This document shows, piece by piece, positions 61,590 through 64,000 of a DNA stretch of 64,000 bases; position 1 is the stretch's first letter; every line of letters starts with the position of its first letter. The translations under genes were made by a program, and so were the position numbers. Source of the stretch: Eledone cirrhosa. Taxonomy: Eukaryota. Below the pieces are notes generated by a model that did no database searches, was not told the origin of the DNA, and worked only from the letters and a program-made list of their open reading frames with translations. The stretch spans positions 284,766,001 to 284,830,000 of the forward strand of contig OZ024740.1 of NCBI GenBank assembly GCA_964016885.1, in the 5' to 3' direction.

Positions 61590-62120
61590 TCCTCAAACAC
61601 TCCCTCCAGTGGGTCCTGTCAGAAGCAACCGTCTCCAACTGATCTGGCTGGATCCCCAAGAAAGACCAGCCAAGCTCATGGATGTTATCCAACCATCTTG
61701 CTTGGAGTCTACTTCTGGGTCTCCTGCTGGTTGATTTTACCCGTAAAATCTGTCCAGCAATTCATTCCTGAGACATTCTAACCACATGCCTATAGTATCA
61801 GAGCTATAATCTCTCAATTCGGGGAAGTAGCAACTCTACCTGAAATGTCTCTCTTATCTCTAAGCTACACTTTATCGAGTAACATTACTCCAAAAACCCT
61901 TCAGAGGAAACCTCATTTCGGTCACTTGTATTCACAATCATATTTTTGGGGGTCATTACCCAAGATTCATGACTATAGGTAACGGTTGGCACGAATACTG
62001 AATTGAAGATAGCGAGTTTGGCTTTTACGCCTACCTCCCTTCTGATTACCAAATGCTGAAGTTGGTGCATTACTGTACCAGCTCCTGCAATTCTTGCATT
62101 TAATTCAGCCTCTTCCTTTT
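61590..62120 (-). mobile_element. RTE-type LINE 3' fragment (7425 family)
   Basis: IRREVGVKAKLAIFNSVFVPTVTYSHESW; reverse-complement similarity to 7480-8000. Confidence 0.85.
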
Positions 62121-63474
62121 CTATGCTTATTCTTTATTCTTCTTATATCTTTTAATGTTTTATAATTAAGTCCAAAGTATTTTTTTTTATATTTTGAGCC
62201 TTGTTTCATTTAGGATGCTTCTTAGATGTTCTGAAAACATCACGTCTTGTCCTGGAAGTATTCTCACATCTTTTACTGTCTAAATCTTCTTTCTCTGTGT
62301 GAGTGTATCAGAGGGAGGGGTTCATTTATTTTTTACTTCATCTCAAATAACTTCTATTATTTCTTTCATTGTTCAGGTGTTGCATACATCCCTCATCTCT
62401 GACACTGTTTTGTCTATCATTATATTCTATGATTCTGATGCAATAACAACAAAAAAACTATTTTTGTCTTTAATGTAAGCTGAACTATCAGGCAAAAAGT
62501 TGATGTTGATAGAAGTCTTCTTTTACAGACTCCTTCTATCTGCTTTCTTTTAGTCTCTTATTGCTTCTGACAGATCATATAACAGTAAACTATCTTGAAA
62601 AATACATTTCACTCTTGAGAATTACTTGTGTTCTTGTGCATTTACTTCCTAGCAATCTGAATTTCAATACCCCTTCAATGATATATCATTGCTTTTCTGA
62701 AGTTTGTGTGACCACTGTATATCATTTACAACACAGAACCATTTGTTCTCCCAGAATTTCAATCAGAATTCTTGATAGAGTAAATACCCAGATGCTCAGA
62801 CAACTAATATAACCATTGAATTTTCCAACTCTAATAATAATGGCTCTGCTGTGTTTCTTTTTGTTTTATTTTTTCAAGTTATCCTCAGTAACATAAACCT
62901 TAGAACATTTTGAATGCTTAATAGTAAACTCTTCTTGTAAAGCATAAACAGACATCATAGATCCAGATTCGGTATCATTCTCTATCTCACCAAGATTAAT
63001 TTAATTAAGTTTTCTATAAGACATGACAACCTCTCCTGTGCACTCAATAGAATATGAAACCATACGTGAGTTAACAAACCACTATCCTGTCTGAGAGGTC
63101 AGTAGCTCTGGTTCAGTACTGACCCATCCAACCCTTCCTAACAGGGAAAGCTAACATTAAAATGACAATGATGATGCTGATTATTATAATGATGATACTA
63201 ATTTCATTTGTAAGCAAGCATGGTTTTATTATTGGTTACAGTATGTTCCCTTAATTGTTGCTATTTAACTCCAAATTAGCTGTGATCAAGCAAGCATATG
63301 ATAAAAGACATTCTAACTGTGACCATCCTGTCTTTTTGTATATCAGTGACTACATTCTACAATGTGATTTTTCCCTTTTTAAGGCTTTAGTGTGAGATGT
63401 GTGAGTGATTTGACTATTATTTCTTCTTCTTCAAGCGACTGCTAAGACCTTCTTACAATAGCATGACACACATG

Positions 63475-63643
<169 letters not shown>

Positions 63644-63969
63644 GAAGGCACATGGCTTAGTGGTTAGAGCATTGGCCTTGCAATCGAAAGGTTGTGAGTT
63701 AAATTCTCAGACCGGGTGATATGTTGTTTCCTTGAGCAAGACACTTTATTTCACATTGCTCCAGTTTACTCAGCTGTAGAAATGAGATGATAGGGACTGG
63801 GGTCCCTATTATTCCACTGCAAAGTGGTCGTGGAGGTGCCACGGCAAAAAAGCACCCAGCACTCACTGTAAAAGAGGTTGGTGTTAGGAAGGGCATCCAG
63901 CTGTAGAAATCAAGCCATAACCAGTTCGTGTCCCACCCTTGCAAGCAGGGAAAAGCAGACGTAAAATGA

Positions 63970-63973
<4 letters not shown>
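63644..63973 (+). mobile_element. Young tRNA-CORE SINE inserted in (TA)n
   Basis: Near-identical to 20765-21110, with (TA)n on both sides. Confidence 0.92.

Positions 63974-64000
<27 letters not shown>

Overview
AT-rich, repeat-dense animal DNA, most consistent with a coleoid cephalopod such as octopus (inferred from the tRNA/CORE SINEs and (GAT)n-tailed RTE LINEs). The only host gene I can support is coding exon 1 of a VAMP-associated protein (VAPA/VAPB, MAKNLQVLILEPDNELKFR/G) on the minus strand at 32139-32196, in a CpG-richer promoter region. I found no exon 2, so bases 1-32138 are probably intron 1. The rest is mobile DNA: RTE-clade LINEs with a PHD finger inside the reverse transcriptase, modular SINEs with LINE-derived tails, CRE-like restriction-endonuclease fragments, piggyBac, Tc1/mariner and hAT MITEs, a Helitron, and a Penelope-like element (PLE). 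Most notable: (1) a ~1.07-kb PLE inverted repeat with a minimal hammerhead ribozyme in each arm, one intact and one core-mutated; (2) a second, decayed hammerhead family, one copy inside a ~349-nt direct-repeat unit (retrozyme-like); (3) a three-level nest of LINE tail > hAT > Helitron; (4) a minisatellite apparently amplified from a SINE head, with a 264-bp higher-order repeat; (5) several fold-back structures in the VAP intron. Everything was read by eye, and boundaries of decayed elements are approximate.
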